Source: Candidatus Poribacteria bacterium (GTDB lineage Bacteria > Poribacteria > WGA-4E > PCPOR2b). Taken from it: a stretch of DNA of 64,000 nt. The translations under genes and the position numbers were made by a program. The notes under the pieces are model-generated. The model ran no database searches, was not told where the DNA came from, and worked only from the letters and a program-made list of their open reading frames with translations. Positions within the stretch are counted from its first letter, which is position 1, and each line of letters begins with the position of its first letter. Below, one piece after another: positions 8,162-18,530 of the stretch. The DNA is taken from the NCBI GenBank assembly GCA_965218095.1, contig OZ244587.1, forward strand, positions 3,104,001 to 3,168,000, read 5' to 3'.

Positions 8162-8974
8162 TCACGCGACCAACGACTTCAAAAACTCGATGCTTCGACG
8201 GGCAATCGTCTCCGCATCCGGCTCAAAGTTGAAGACTTCGGTCGAAAGGTAACCCGTGTAATCGATTTCCTTCAACGCTTCGACAATCGACGGGTAATCT
8301 ACACCTCCAGATCCAGGGAGATACCCGTTATCGTCGTTGGCGTGAAAGTGCGCCACATATTCGGCGTATTCCCGGATCTGCGTCGGCATGTCCAAATTTT
8401 CGGCGGCTGTGCTTGTGACATCGAGGACGATCCGGAAATTCGGATTATCGACCGTTTTGACCATCTGCACCGCCTCTACCGGGGTATTGATGAAATTCGT
8501 GCTTCGGCTTGTCAACGGCTCCATACACAAGATCACATCCTTTTCCTGAGCGAGCTCGGCGCACGCCGCAAAGGTCTCCCGCGCATACGCCCATGCCTGA
8601 TCATACGTCAACGGTTCAAGCACGTTACGTTCATTTGGCGAACCGATGACCATAATCTTCCCGCCCAGATCAGCACAACACTCGACGAGCGCGAAAAAAT
8701 AATCCCGCGTTTTCTCACGCAGGCCCACATCGGGGTGATTGAGGTGCAATCCCTTCGGCGAGACCAGCAGCCAATGTAGCCCCGCAATCTCGACCTTCGC
8801 CGCTTCCGCCGCTTTCCGGATGCGATCCCTTTCGGCCTGGCTGATGTCTAACACAGATTCCGCGAGCGTGAAGGGGGCAATCTCAACCCCATCGTAACCG
8901 AGTTTGGCGGCATACGCAAAAACATCTTCAATCTTCCAGTTCTCAAACATTTCGTTGCAAATAGCAAGTCTCAT
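8162..8974 (-). CDS. sugar phosphate isomerase/epimerase (D-tagatose/psicose 3-epimerase-like TIM barrel)
   Basis: GYDGVEIAPF, CMEPL, HFHAND, PGSG.VDY, STEVF. Confidence 0.9.
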   Translation of the reverse strand: MRLAICNEMFENWKIEDVFAYAAKLGYDGVEIAPFTLAESVLDISQAERDRIRKAAEAAKVEIAGLHWLLVSPKGLHLNHPDVGLREKTRDYFFALVECCADLGGKIMVIGSPNERNVLEPLTYDQAWAYARETFAACAELAQEKDVILCMEPLTSRSTNFINTPVEAVQMVKTVDNPNFRIVLDVTSTAAENLDMPTQIREYAEYVAHFHANDDNGYLPGSGGVDYPSIVEALKEIDYTGYLSTEVFNFEPDAETIARRSIEFLKSLVA

Positions 8975-9281
8975 CGTCGACTCCTGTTTTTCTTAGAACA
9001 ACAGGTTTGAAGTATGCTCACCTAAGATTATCACAGGTTCGTCCAATCCGCAAGGGGATTATCTGTCTTCGCAACTTGCCTCTCAATTAAACGCCATGTC
9101 ATACGAGTTTTTCACTTGGCGGTTGGAGCCAGTCTGTGCCTGATTTTCCCCTACAACTGAAAAAGTCGTAATATCAGAAAAAAATGTATTTTCCTAATTT
9201 GTGAAGTATAATAACGTGGACGAGAGGATAGAATCATGCCTATCATCATTAAGTAATTTTCAGTATTAAACTATACATTCT

Positions 9282-9341
9282 GTTTGTAGTAGCGCAATTC
9301 ATTGCGCGTTTGGGAGGGCGATGAATCGCCTCACTACAAAC
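9282..9341. repeat. GTAG-family REP doublet (REPIN-like)
   Basis: GTTTGTAGT AGCGCAATTCATTGCGC ... GGCGATGAATCGCC TCACTACAAAC: two inverted GTAG-headed palindromes. Confidence 0.75.
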
Positions 9342-9568
9342 CATCAGCCATGCTGCGTCGAGATAGCTACAAGCTCCACTACAGTCCAGGTGACCCACCA
9401 CAACTCTATGACCTTGCCCAAGAATCAGCCTACCAGTCGGCCGTTGAGGAACTTACGGCGCAGCTTTTATCGCACTGGGACCCGGGCGCGATCGAGGGGC
9501 GAGTTCGGCAAAGCCAGCGGGAACGACGCCTCATCGAACGGGCTTATCGCGCAAGGGGTTCGGTTTAG
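9342..9568 (+). pseudogene. sulfatase (choline-sulfatase-like) C-terminal fragment
   Basis: MLRR..YKL.Y..GDPPQLYDLA...L..WDP..I...VRQSQRERRLI; 5' part replaced by the REP. Confidence 0.7.
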
Positions 9569-9631
9569 CTGCCTCACGAACAAAGTTGCTGACGCTGCTA
9601 AGTTTGGAGGTTTGTCTTGTCTGACTTCATC

Positions 9632-9769
9632 AGGACTTACGCAATTGAATCGGCGGATTGACCCCCAACCTCCTGTGCATCTTGTATCGGATTCAGAGCC
9701 TGCCCCGATCCATCGGGGATTCAGGATGCCGTGAAATCGCAGGTTCTGCACATCGGTTGCGTAAGTCCT
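9632..9769. mobile_element. MITE, 138 bp, 13-bp terminal inverted repeats
   Basis: AGGACTTACGCAA (9632-9644) / TTGCGTAAGTCCT (9757-9769); internal palindrome CCCCGATCCATCGGGG. Confidence 0.75.
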
Positions 9770-9912
9770 ATAAATCTCTACCTTTGAGACGTATAACCGA
9801 AACCATTCCGGCCTGGCACATTGCCGGGCTTTTTTTGTCCCAAACCTTCCCAGACTCCTGCTGTCCGTGTTTGTGCAAGATCTCAATAGAGAGCCCAAAG
9901 GCTATTATCATT

Positions 9913-9941
9913 TTGACAAACCTCCTACCTCATGCTATAAT
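9913..9941 (+). promoter_or_regulatory. consensus sigma70 promoter
   Basis: TTGACA-17 bp-TATAAT with extended TG, ~30 nt upstream of the Omp85-fusion gene. Confidence 0.85.
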
Positions 9942-9973
9942 GCGTCAAAAATGCTTTTGGGGTGGAACTAAGG

Positions 9974-12900
9974 ATGCACATCATCACGAGAGTCGTTCTC
10001 ATTGTCTACACCTGCCTGCTCTATAGCGTCATTCATGCGCAGATAGAGAAGAGAGGCGCTCAACCCGTCTCTGAACAAAACACCTCGCAATATCGCTCGA
10101 CATCCGAACAACGGATCAGTTATGATGACGTTTATGGGCTCGAACTGGAGTTACCCTTCGCCAGCAACATTGAGGTGAACGCGGTAGCAGCAGACGAAAT
10201 GATCATCAAACTTGAAAAGCAGGGGACGGGCATCAATGAAGGGGCCGCTCAAACGTATCTTGATGCTGTGAAATTGGAAATCTCCAGGGATGACGATATT
10301 TTGCTGCTGAAGCCACAACTCCCGGATGCACCTGATTCAAACGCAACACTGACGCGGATGGACTGCTTCATCAACACACCGCCGGATATATCGCTCAAAA
10401 TCAAGACAGAATCTGGAGATATTCGCGTACACGGCATCCGCGGCAACATGGTTTTGACGACGGCAGCCGGCCATATCCATCTCGACGAAGCGATGGGGGA
10501 ATATCAGGTCAGCGCCCAAGAAGGGCAAATCTATGGGCGCATTCTCTTGACCGGTGGCACCAGCGCATTTGAGACGCAATCCGGTTCGATTAATCTTGTG
10601 GTGATGGACGAGATCGCCGCGGAGATGATTCTCACAGCAAGTGAAGGGGAAATCACGCTGCGCTTGCCGGAAAATTATCCGGCGGAGATCGAGATGCAAG
10701 TCGAAAACAAAGATCAACACGCCATTACCATCGACATGCCGTTTGAAATCGAGACCGCCTTTGTCGGAGATGTGGTACGCGGCTGGATCAACGATGGCGG
10801 CCCTCTGATTCAAATGACCGCAGGTCAGCGAATCGCTGTTCTGTCCTCCAAATCTTCGTCCACAGAATCCGAAGCGGACGATAGCGAGGCAGAAGCCAAT
10901 GATTCTTATGCCCAAGACGGACTGACCCCGCCGCCGACGGTTGACGTACCTCGAGCGTCCGTACCGCCTGTAATCGACGGAGATCTATTCGAGAAAGCCT
11001 GGGCAAAGTCGGTGCCGCTTTCCTCCTTTTATATGGCAGATGCGACCGCGCAGCCAAAGGAACCAACAGAGGGATTTCTCCTGTGGGATGATCAATATCT
11101 CTATATTGGTGCCAGAATATATGATTCGCAGATGAAGCGGATTCAAATCACACAAACCAAGCCAGATTCAGCGGTTTGGAGTGATGACACGTTGGAGATT
11201 CTAGTGGATCCGAATACGAAAACCCCGACTTATCACCACCTCGTCATCAACCCGATTGGTACGGTTTTCGATCAGCACATCGAAGCGGATTATTCGTGGG
11301 ATTCCGACGTTGAAGCTGCTTATGAAGGAATAGCAAAACCCGCTTGGGACTCTCGCGCCCAAGTTAAAACACAGATTGCTCCGACTTTTTGGAGTGTGGA
11401 AGTTGCCTTGCCGCGTGATGCACTTGAGCCCCCCTCATCCGAAAACTGGCGATTTAACCTGCATCGCAAAATGCAACGCCATTTCACCGAATCCTCGTCG
11501 AAGCCAGGCGGGGAGTATAGCTACTGGTCACCGACTTATGACATCGATAGACCTTGGTGGCCTCATTGGCCCGATCGACTGGGCGTCATACACTTGGCTG
11601 AGACGGAAAATTCCGAGGCTGCACAAGGCTTTTTAATGGAGCAACTTCAACTTGTTACAATCGAAGTTGAAGGCAACACCGACATTCCAACGTCAGAAAT
11701 CCTTCAACGCTTTCCCTTTCAGCCGGGGGATGTCATCTCCATTAGTGAACTATCATGGCTCAACCGCGAACTTGAGGATTTGGGCTGGTTTGGCGATGTG
11801 CGATTAGAGACAACCGATGTCATCGAAGAAGGTGATGAACCATTTCCCGTCCCTATCTTCAAGGTGAATCTGCGTATGCATGTGACTGAGGCGCCAACGG
11901 GTATCGTACAAAAGCTCGATTTGCGCCGAAACAGATACTTCACATCTGGATTCTTACGCAAAGGGTTCGGACTGAATCCAGGTCGCACTTCAATTAAAAC
12001 GCTGGACACGAAACGCCAACTGATTGAGAACCTTTATAAGCATCACGGTTATGACCTTGCACGGGTAGAGTACCTGTTCCCAAGCCCCCGTTTGTTGATT
12101 AATATTGACGAGGGGCATCTGGACGACATCCGTTTTTCTGGAAACCGTCGGGTCCGGCGCACCGAGTTGATTGACGCACTTGGTTTCAAACAAGGCGACG
12201 CCTATAATAAGCAGATTGGAACGTTACGTCTCAATCAGATGCGTGCCAAACTCAGCGCGAAGAACCTCTACTTCAAGGCGATTAAAACGTGGGAGGTGAA
12301 GCGGGAAGGGGACCAGAACGTGCTTGCAATTGAGGTTGAGGAGAGGTCGTTGATTGACTTGAATTTGCTGCCGGTGATAGACTTTAATCGCGTACACGGT
12401 TTGATCTTAGGGGGAAGTGGTAAGATTTCGACCATACAGGCGAACACACGAATCTTCGGGGAGGTACGCGGCGGACTTTCAAGCAAGATTTGGAATTATC
12501 AGTTGGGAGGTGAAAAGGCCTGGTTTGATCGGCACGCCCTGAATATTGGTGGAAACGTTTACAAGCTAACAGATACCAACAACTATACCGGCTTGTCTGC
12601 ATTCCTCTCAGCAGCGCTTTTCGGGCAAGCTTTGGATTACTATCAACGCGAAGGGTATCAGGCCTGGGTAAAGCAGCAATTAACGCCATCGACGAACGTC
12701 ATGCTGGAGTTTACCGATGAAGACCATGAAAACTTATTCAAATCAACCGATTGGAGTTTATTCGATACGGACAAGCCAAAACGGAGTAACCTCCGCATTG
12801 ACGAAGGACATTTACGCACGGTGACTGTGGCTTATCAATTCGATAGTCAGGAGGAGCCATCACACCAAATCAGAAATTTTTGGGCTTATCCAAGCCCAAA

Positions 12901-13429
12901 TCACCGCATCCGGCGCGGCTGGCGGGGAAATTTTTCCGTCGAATATGTGGGTAAACGACTCAAAAGCGACTTCGATTTTACGCTCTCTCGCTTTAAGATT
13001 GTGCGCTACAACCAGTTGTCAGGGAGGCATTATCTTGACTTCCGCCTCGAAGGTGGTTTTTCGGACGCGCCGCTCCCCAGGCAGCGACTTCTCTACCTCG
13101 GCGGAATTGGCACCCTGCGAGGATACGATTTTAAAGAACTCGTTGGCGATAATATGCTCTTCTTCAATATAGAGTACCGCCTGCATTTTGGAAAGATTGG
13201 GCATTTCGATGGGAGTGAGACGGCGTTAGGAGCGGTGATAGCTTTCCTCGATACGGGATACGCCTGGTTTGATAATGAAAGCCTCGAATTCGATCGCTTC
13301 AATACATCAGTCGGGATAGGATTGTCTCTCTTCGCAGTGCCGTCTTTTGCCTTCCGGCTTGAGATTGCGCGTGCGTTGCGGAAGGGACGCAATGTCACCC
13401 CCATCTTACGCCTTACACGGATGTTCTGA
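9974..13429 (+). CDS. Omp85/BamA-TamA family outer-membrane protein with N-terminal DUF4097-like and CBM9-like domains and POTRA repeats
   Basis: Signal peptide; TESGDIRV/TQSGSINL repeats; PVIDGDL.E.AW...LLWDDQYLYIG..DDTLEILVDP..WSVEVALP (CBM9); I.VEGN and IRFSGN POTRA starts; LGGIGTLRGY motif; terminal Phe. Confidence 0.8.
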   Translation: MHIITRVVLIVYTCLLYSVIHAQIEKRGAQPVSEQNTSQYRSTSEQRISYDDVYGLELELPFASNIEVNAVAADEMIIKLEKQGTGINEGAAQTYLDAVKLEISRDDDILLLKPQLPDAPDSNATLTRMDCFINTPPDISLKIKTESGDIRVHGIRGNMVLTTAAGHIHLDEAMGEYQVSAQEGQIYGRILLTGGTSAFETQSGSINLVVMDEIAAEMILTASEGEITLRLPENYPAEIEMQVENKDQHAITIDMPFEIETAFVGDVVRGWINDGGPLIQMTAGQRIAVLSSKSSSTESEADDSEAEANDSYAQDGLTPPPTVDVPRASVPPVIDGDLFEKAWAKSVPLSSFYMADATAQPKEPTEGFLLWDDQYLYIGARIYDSQMKRIQITQTKPDSAVWSDDTLEILVDPNTKTPTYHHLVINPIGTVFDQHIEADYSWDSDVEAAYEGIAKPAWDSRAQVKTQIAPTFWSVEVALPRDALEPPSSENWRFNLHRKMQRHFTESSSKPGGEYSYWSPTYDIDRPWWPHWPDRLGVIHLAETENSEAAQGFLMEQLQLVTIEVEGNTDIPTSEILQRFPFQPGDVISISELSWLNRELEDLGWFGDVRLETTDVIEEGDEPFPVPIFKVNLRMHVTEAPTGIVQKLDLRRNRYFTSGFLRKGFGLNPGRTSIKTLDTKRQLIENLYKHHGYDLARVEYLFPSPRLLINIDEGHLDDIRFSGNRRVRRTELIDALGFKQGDAYNKQIGTLRLNQMRAKLSAKNLYFKAIKTWEVKREGDQNVLAIEVEERSLIDLNLLPVIDFNRVHGLILGGSGKISTIQANTRIFGEVRGGLSSKIWNYQLGGEKAWFDRHALNIGGNVYKLTDTNNYTGLSAFLSAALFGQALDYYQREGYQAWVKQQLTPSTNVMLEFTDEDHENLFKSTDWSLFDTDKPKRSNLRIDEGHLRTVTVAYQFDSQEEPSHQIRNFWAYPSPNHRIRRGWRGNFSVEYVGKRLKSDFDFTLSRFKIVRYNQLSGRHYLDFRLEGGFSDAPLPRQRLLYLGGIGTLRGYDFKELVGDNMLFFNIEYRLHFGKIGHFDGSETALGAVIAFLDTGYAWFDNESLEFDRFNTSVGIGLSLFAVPSFAFRLEIARALRKGRNVTPILRLTRMF

Positions 13430-13783
13430 AAATGTGAAATGTGATGCCTGAAAGGTGAAATGATTCCTTTCGTTCTTCCTTTCCTTTTCTACTTGGCTAT
13501 AATTACATAGTAGAAATGACTCGGCGATACTGATATTTTCTTTCCACATCCCGAGCCTCAAACCGTTTGCGCTTTCGGTGCAACACATGATATAATAGCA
13601 AAACTAAAGCAACGAAATGACGGTGACGGAGAATAAAAATGGCCCCATTTACAAGCCAAGAAATCATGACACTAGAAAAATTGGTGAAAGATGTGAGGCT
13701 GGCACTAGAAGATTTATCGAAACATATGAGAAAGTCAGTTTGTGTCGGCGCCCATTCATATATCTCGCCTCTTGATTTTTTTC

Positions 13784-13812
13784 TTGACAGGCATCGGTCT
13801 GAATGCTAACAT
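13784..13812 (+). promoter_or_regulatory. sigma70 promoter for tRNA-Pro
   Basis: TTGACA-17-TAACAT with extended TG. Confidence 0.7.
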
Positions 13813-13842
13813 TTAGGCGCGTTGAATTGAATAAATTACGGT

Positions 13843-13916
13843 CGGGGCGTAGCGCAGCCTGGAAGCGCGCTTGAATGGGGTTCAAGAGGTCGCTGGTTCA
13901 AATCCAGTCGCCCCGA
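13843..13916 (+). tRNA. tRNA-Pro (GGG), CCA not encoded
   Basis: CGGGGCG acceptor stem, D-arm AGCGCAGCCTGGAAGCGC, anticodon arm CTTGA-ATGGGGT-TCAAG, T-loop GGTTCAAATCC. Confidence 0.95.
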
Positions 13917-14075
13917 TTTTTTCTTAACCTTTAGATTGATACCTGAGTCTCCCGCCATATCGCCGGCTAACATGAATTCCTTTCTGCCATTGATTGAGTC
14001 CACGATGCAAAACCTCCCTGCATCTGCACATCATTCACACCTCTGACTTAGGAATGCAAAGTCGCCTGCTGCTTC

Positions 14076-14110
14076 GTAGCGCAAGTTGAACAAGAATGAA
14101 CTTGCGCTAC
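14076..14110. repeat. GTAG-type REP palindrome
   Basis: GTAGCGCAAGTT-N11-AACTTGCGCTAC, perfect 12-bp inverted repeat. Confidence 0.75.
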
Positions 14111-14244
14111 AGGCAGAACAGGAATACTGCTGGCTCCATCCCCTGGCGGGCTGAAGTGAACCACCGGCGATACACGGTGGAATGTCGCAGAGGTTGTTCA
14201 AAAAACACTGAGACGGTCAGATAATTTCGCCTAATAGATATTCG

Positions 14245-15588
14245 ATGAACCATAGAGAGGTAGCAGTGGATAAACCCAATATCAATGTGGGGATCCTTGG
14301 CTGGGGCACAGTCGGCACGGGAGTTTCCAAGATTTTGCTCAATCGGAGCGATCTCATTTTTCAGAATACCGGGATTCAACTGAGCCTGATCAAAATTGCG
14401 AAGCGAACGCTACCGGCGGCTCGTTCCGGTGTAAAACTGCCCGTGGGTTGCTTGACAACGAATCCTGCTGAAATTGTCGAGAATCCTGAAGTCGATATCG
14501 TCGTAGAACTGATGGGGGGAATCGATGACACACGCCGCCTAATCACCCAGGCTATTCGCAATGGGAAGCACATTGTGACGGCGAACAAGGCGTTGCTCGC
14601 CGAGCATGGATTTGAGCTCTTTCAGCTTGCTGATACGCATAACGTCAGCCTTAACTTTGAGGCGAGCGCGGCGGGAGGCATTCCAATTATCAAAATCTTG
14701 AGAGAAAGTTTCGCCGCAAACCGCATTCACTCAATTTACGGCATCATCAACGGCACATGCAACTACATCCTGACCCAAATGCACGAAAGCGACGTCGATT
14801 TTGGTGAGGTCTTGAAAGATGCTCAAGCAAAAGGTTATGCCGAAGCCGATCCGACATTTGATGTTGAAGGCGTTGACGCCGCCCATAAGCTAACCCTCCT
14901 CACGTCGCTCGGTTACGGATTTGCGATGCCGATGGAGCAGATTTACGTTGAAGGCATCACGAACATCACCCCAAATGAGATCCAGTACGCTCGTGAGCTT
15001 GGCTACGTGATCAAGCTCCTTGCCATTGCTAAACTCAACGGAGACAGGGTTGAAGCCCGTGTTCATCCGACGTTGGTGCCTGCGCGGAGTATGCTTGCAA
15101 ATGTTGGCGGCGCCTTTAATACCGTCTGTGTCATCGGCGATGCTGTGGGGCCAACCCTTTTTTATGGACAGGGCGCCGGTGAAATGCCAACGGCGAGCGC
15201 AGTCGTAGCGGATATTATCGATGCGGCGAAATCAATTAGCGGAAAGGTTAGCTCCCAGGTTCCGCGGGGTTGGCTTTCCGAGTCTCAAGCTAACATCTCT
15301 CTCTGTCCTATTGATGATATTGAAACCCGTTACTATGTTCGCCTTGTTGTGCTGGATCAACCAGGGGTGTTAGCACAGATTAGCAGTGTTCTGGGGAAAT
15401 ACCGTATCAGCATCGCATCTGTCATCCAGAAGGAACACCATGAAACCAATGATACCGCCTCAATCGTTATGATGACTCATAAAGCCGTTGAGAAAAACAT
15501 GCAAATGGCGATCCAAGCAATCGATGCGCTTGATGTTGTCAGGGATGGGCGCCGACTGATTCGGATTGAAGAGGAAGTTGCATTTTAA
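14245..15588 (+). CDS. hom: homoserine dehydrogenase with C-terminal ACT domain
   Basis: GWGTVGTG, VTANKALLA, FEASAAGGIPII, NGTCNYIL, GYAEADP; start may be GTG 14266. Confidence 0.95.
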   Translation: MNHREVAVDKPNINVGILGWGTVGTGVSKILLNRSDLIFQNTGIQLSLIKIAKRTLPAARSGVKLPVGCLTTNPAEIVENPEVDIVVELMGGIDDTRRLITQAIRNGKHIVTANKALLAEHGFELFQLADTHNVSLNFEASAAGGIPIIKILRESFAANRIHSIYGIINGTCNYILTQMHESDVDFGEVLKDAQAKGYAEADPTFDVEGVDAAHKLTLLTSLGYGFAMPMEQIYVEGITNITPNEIQYARELGYVIKLLAIAKLNGDRVEARVHPTLVPARSMLANVGGAFNTVCVIGDAVGPTLFYGQGAGEMPTASAVVADIIDAAKSISGKVSSQVPRGWLSESQANISLCPIDDIETRYYVRLVVLDQPGVLAQISSVLGKYRISIASVIQKEHHETNDTASIVMMTHKAVEKNMQMAIQAIDALDVVRDGRRLIRIEEEVAF

Positions 15589-15602
15589 GGAAATCGCAGC
15601 GA

Positions 15603-16661
15603 ATGGTTTGGAAGGGTGTCATTCCTCACTACCGCGCATATCTACCGGTCACGGCAGAAACGCCGATCATCACGCTCAAGGAAGGGAATACGCCCCTCAT
15701 TGAGGCGACGAATTTGAATGAAGCGATCGGTAACGACCTGCGCATCCACTTGAAATACGAAGGGCTAAATCCGACGAGTTCATTCAAAGATCGAGGCATG
15801 ACCCTTGCTATCTCCAAAGCCCTTGAAGAGGGAGCAAAAGCGGTGATGTGTGCCTCGACTGGCAATACTTCAGCCTCTGCCGCCGCCTATGCTGCGAGAG
15901 CTAAACTGAAATGCATCGTCCTCATTCCAAAGGGAAAGATTGCGCTTGGGAAATTGGCGCAGGCGTTGATGCATGACGCAAAAGTCCTGGCGATTGATGA
16001 AAATTTTGACGAAGCGTTTCAGCTTGTGCGTGCCATTACCGACAAGCACCCGGTCCATTTGGTGAATTCGATCAACCCCTACCGTATTGATGGACAGAAA
16101 ACGGGGGCGTTTGAGGTTATCGATCATCTCGGCTTCGTTCCCGATTATCACGCAATGCCAGTTGGCAACGCAGGGAATATTACGGCTTATTGGAAGGGAT
16201 ATAAGGAATATTACGAATGTGGCAAAGCTGAGAGCCTTCCCAAAATGCTCGGCTTCCAAGCGTCGGGGGCGGCGCCGATAGTTTTAGGGCATTCCGTCGA
16301 GAAACCCCAGACGGTCGCCAGCGCAATTAAGATTGGGAATCCCGCAAATTGGCGGTCTGCGGAGAAAGCACGCGATGAATCGGGGGGCTTAATCGATACG
16401 GTTTCAGACGACGAGATTTTACAAGCCTATCAGATGTTAGCGAAATTGGAGGGATTGTTCGTTGAACCCGCTTCTGCCGCCTCAATTGCAGGCGTTATCA
16501 AGCTGAATCGAAAAGGATATTTCCAACCGGGGGCAACTATGGTCTGCATACTCACCGGACACGGGTTGAAAGATCCGGATAGCGCGTTGAGAACCGGGCG
16601 GACGCCGACCCCAGTGCCGGCAAACGAATCGGCAATCCTGGAACATGTATATAAACCGTGA
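15603..16661 (+). CDS. thrC: threonine synthase
   Basis: EGLNPTSSFKDRGM (PLP Lys), CASTGNTSASA, PVGNAGN, TGHGLKD. Confidence 0.95.
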   Translation: MVWKGVIPHYRAYLPVTAETPIITLKEGNTPLIEATNLNEAIGNDLRIHLKYEGLNPTSSFKDRGMTLAISKALEEGAKAVMCASTGNTSASAAAYAARAKLKCIVLIPKGKIALGKLAQALMHDAKVLAIDENFDEAFQLVRAITDKHPVHLVNSINPYRIDGQKTGAFEVIDHLGFVPDYHAMPVGNAGNITAYWKGYKEYYECGKAESLPKMLGFQASGAAPIVLGHSVEKPQTVASAIKIGNPANWRSAEKARDESGGLIDTVSDDEILQAYQMLAKLEGLFVEPASAASIAGVIKLNRKGYFQPGATMVCILTGHGLKDPDSALRTGRTPTPVPANESAILEHVYKP

Positions 16662-16706
16662 TGCGTGAATGCCTCAACCTGAATTCTACAAAAGAGGTAC
16701 ACAAGC

Positions 16707-17930
16707 GTGAGAATCATTGTTCAAAAATTTGGCGGCACATCTGTCGCGGATGCGGCAAAGATTAAAAACGTCGCCAAACGAGTGGTCCGTGCGCATGAGG
16801 AAGGGTATTCCGTTGTTGTCGTTGTGTCTGCGATGGGAGATACGACCGACCGCCTTGAGCAACTTGCTTATGAGATCTCTGCGAATCCTCCTGACCGCGA
16901 GCTGGATATGCTTAAGTCCACCGGCGAACAGGTCTCGATTGCGCTGCTCGCAATGGCGGTTTCAGGACTTGGATACCAGGCAATCTCGCTCACGGGAACG
17001 CAGGTCGGCATCATCACCGATGGCTTTTATAGCCAGGCGCGAATCAAAAGCATCAACAGGGAGCGGATTCTGCCAGAATTGGATCGAGGAAAAATTGTTA
17101 TTTTAGCGGGTTTTCAGGGGGTTACCATCAATAACGAGATTACGACCCTCGGACGAGGGGCTTCCGACACCACTGCCGTCGCAATTGCCGCGACATTAAG
17201 CGCTGATCGTTGTGATATTTATACGGATGTTGATGGCGTTTACACAGCGGATCCGCGCGTTGTTCCAGATGCCCGCAAGTTCGGTCAGATTACGTATGAT
17301 GAAATGCTTGAAATGGCGCGGCTTGGCGCGAAAGTCTTGCACTCCAGATCTGTTGAGCTTGCAAAGAAATTTAACGTTCACCTTTGTGTGCGATCCAGCT
17401 TCAGCGAAGCCGAAGGCACTATGGTTATAAAGGAAGATGAGATGATAGAAGAAGTTGTCGTCAGCGCAGTGACCTCTGATAGAGACCAGGCAAAAGTATC
17501 GCTGCTCGGCGTACCGGACACCCCAGGGATCGCAGCACAGATTTTCCAAGAAATTGCTGATGCCAATATCAGTATTGACATGATCATTCAGACGGCAAAT
17601 CAGGGTGGTACAGCCGATGTATCGTTTACAGTTGCAGAGAAAGACCTGCAAGCAACTGTTAAAATTAGCGAAAGACTCAAGAGCCAAATCGGTTTCGCCA
17701 GCGCTAGCACGGACAAAAACATTGCGCTTGTGTCATTAGTTGGCATTGGGATGAAAAGCCATGTTGGTATCGCTGCACGAATGTTTCGCGCCCTCGCTGA
17801 CGAAGGCATTAACATTCAGATGATTAGCACTTCAGAGATTACGATTTCTTGTGTAATCGACGAGCAGGAGACGGAACGGGGTGTTTGTGCGATTCACAAT
17901 AAATTTGAACTCGGGGGCGCTTCTTCATGA
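16707..17930 (+). CDS. lysC: aspartate kinase
   Basis: VQKFGGTSV, TTLGRGASD, YTDVDGVYTADPR, two ACT domains. Confidence 0.95.
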   Translation: MRIIVQKFGGTSVADAAKIKNVAKRVVRAHEEGYSVVVVVSAMGDTTDRLEQLAYEISANPPDRELDMLKSTGEQVSIALLAMAVSGLGYQAISLTGTQVGIITDGFYSQARIKSINRERILPELDRGKIVILAGFQGVTINNEITTLGRGASDTTAVAIAATLSADRCDIYTDVDGVYTADPRVVPDARKFGQITYDEMLEMARLGAKVLHSRSVELAKKFNVHLCVRSSFSEAEGTMVIKEDEMIEEVVVSAVTSDRDQAKVSLLGVPDTPGIAAQIFQEIADANISIDMIIQTANQGGTADVSFTVAEKDLQATVKISERLKSQIGFASASTDKNIALVSLVGIGMKSHVGIAARMFRALADEGINIQMISTSEITISCVIDEQETERGVCAIHNKFELGGASS

Positions 17931-18478
17931 AAACACTCGAATTCATCGTCAAAGAAATTCCCGAAGGCCAATTTGAGCTCCACGAGGTTCTGGTCCCCGC
18001 GGCGGAGATCGACTTAAAGATAGAAGAAGTGCAGTTTATCGGAGAGATCCACGGACACCTTCAACTCTTGCGCCGTGTACAGGAGGTTTATGTGAGGGGC
18101 AGCTTTTCGGGCTCGATTGAGGTAGCGTGTCGTCGATGCGTTGAACCGTTTGTGACCAGCATTGAGACGGACACCGAAGTCCAATTTTATCCAACCGATG
18201 AGCCGAAACTAACAGATGCGTGGCAGATGGATACCGGCGAACGGTATTATTCAGAAAGCATAATCGACCTGTCTGACGAAGTGCGCCAGGCTTTCATCCT
18301 CGAAATTCCCACCTGGTCTCTCTGTTCAGAAGTGTGTAAGGGGCTATGTCCGCAATGTGGGGAAGATCTCAACTTCATCGACTGCGGTTGTCATCCCTCT
18401 GAGGAGCGTTCCTCGCCGTTTGCTGCTTTGGGAGATCTGTTAAATCAGCCCGACCGTGCTGTTGGGAATGGTTTCTAA
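17927..18478 (+). CDS. yceD: YceD/DUF177 family protein
   Basis: CRRCVE, IDLSDEVRQ, LCSEVCKGLCPQCG; directly before rpmF. Confidence 0.9.
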   Translation: MKTLEFIVKEIPEGQFELHEVLVPAAEIDLKIEEVQFIGEIHGHLQLLRRVQEVYVRGSFSGSIEVACRRCVEPFVTSIETDTEVQFYPTDEPKLTDAWQMDTGERYYSESIIDLSDEVRQAFILEIPTWSLCSEVCKGLCPQCGEDLNFIDCGCHPSEERSSPFAALGDLLNQPDRAVGNGF

Positions 18479-18530
18479 AAAATTACGCAAAGGAGGTGAG
18501 GTTGGGTTCTTGAGTGAACCCAAGCAAGAA

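Noticed and set aside
7931-8779. 282-aa plus-strand ORF
   Set aside because: Antisense shadow of the epimerase gene; the same applies to other long shadows such as 22590-23258, 10337-10915 and 57318-57884.
13843-13916. tRNA-Pro as an integration site
   Set aside because: No integrase nearby and no duplicated tRNA 3' end found in the window.
14111-14244. Possible riboswitch or T-box upstream of hom-thrC-lysC
   Set aside because: Some hairpins are present (CCACCG/CGGTGG), but no lysine, SAM or T-box consensus and no terminator.
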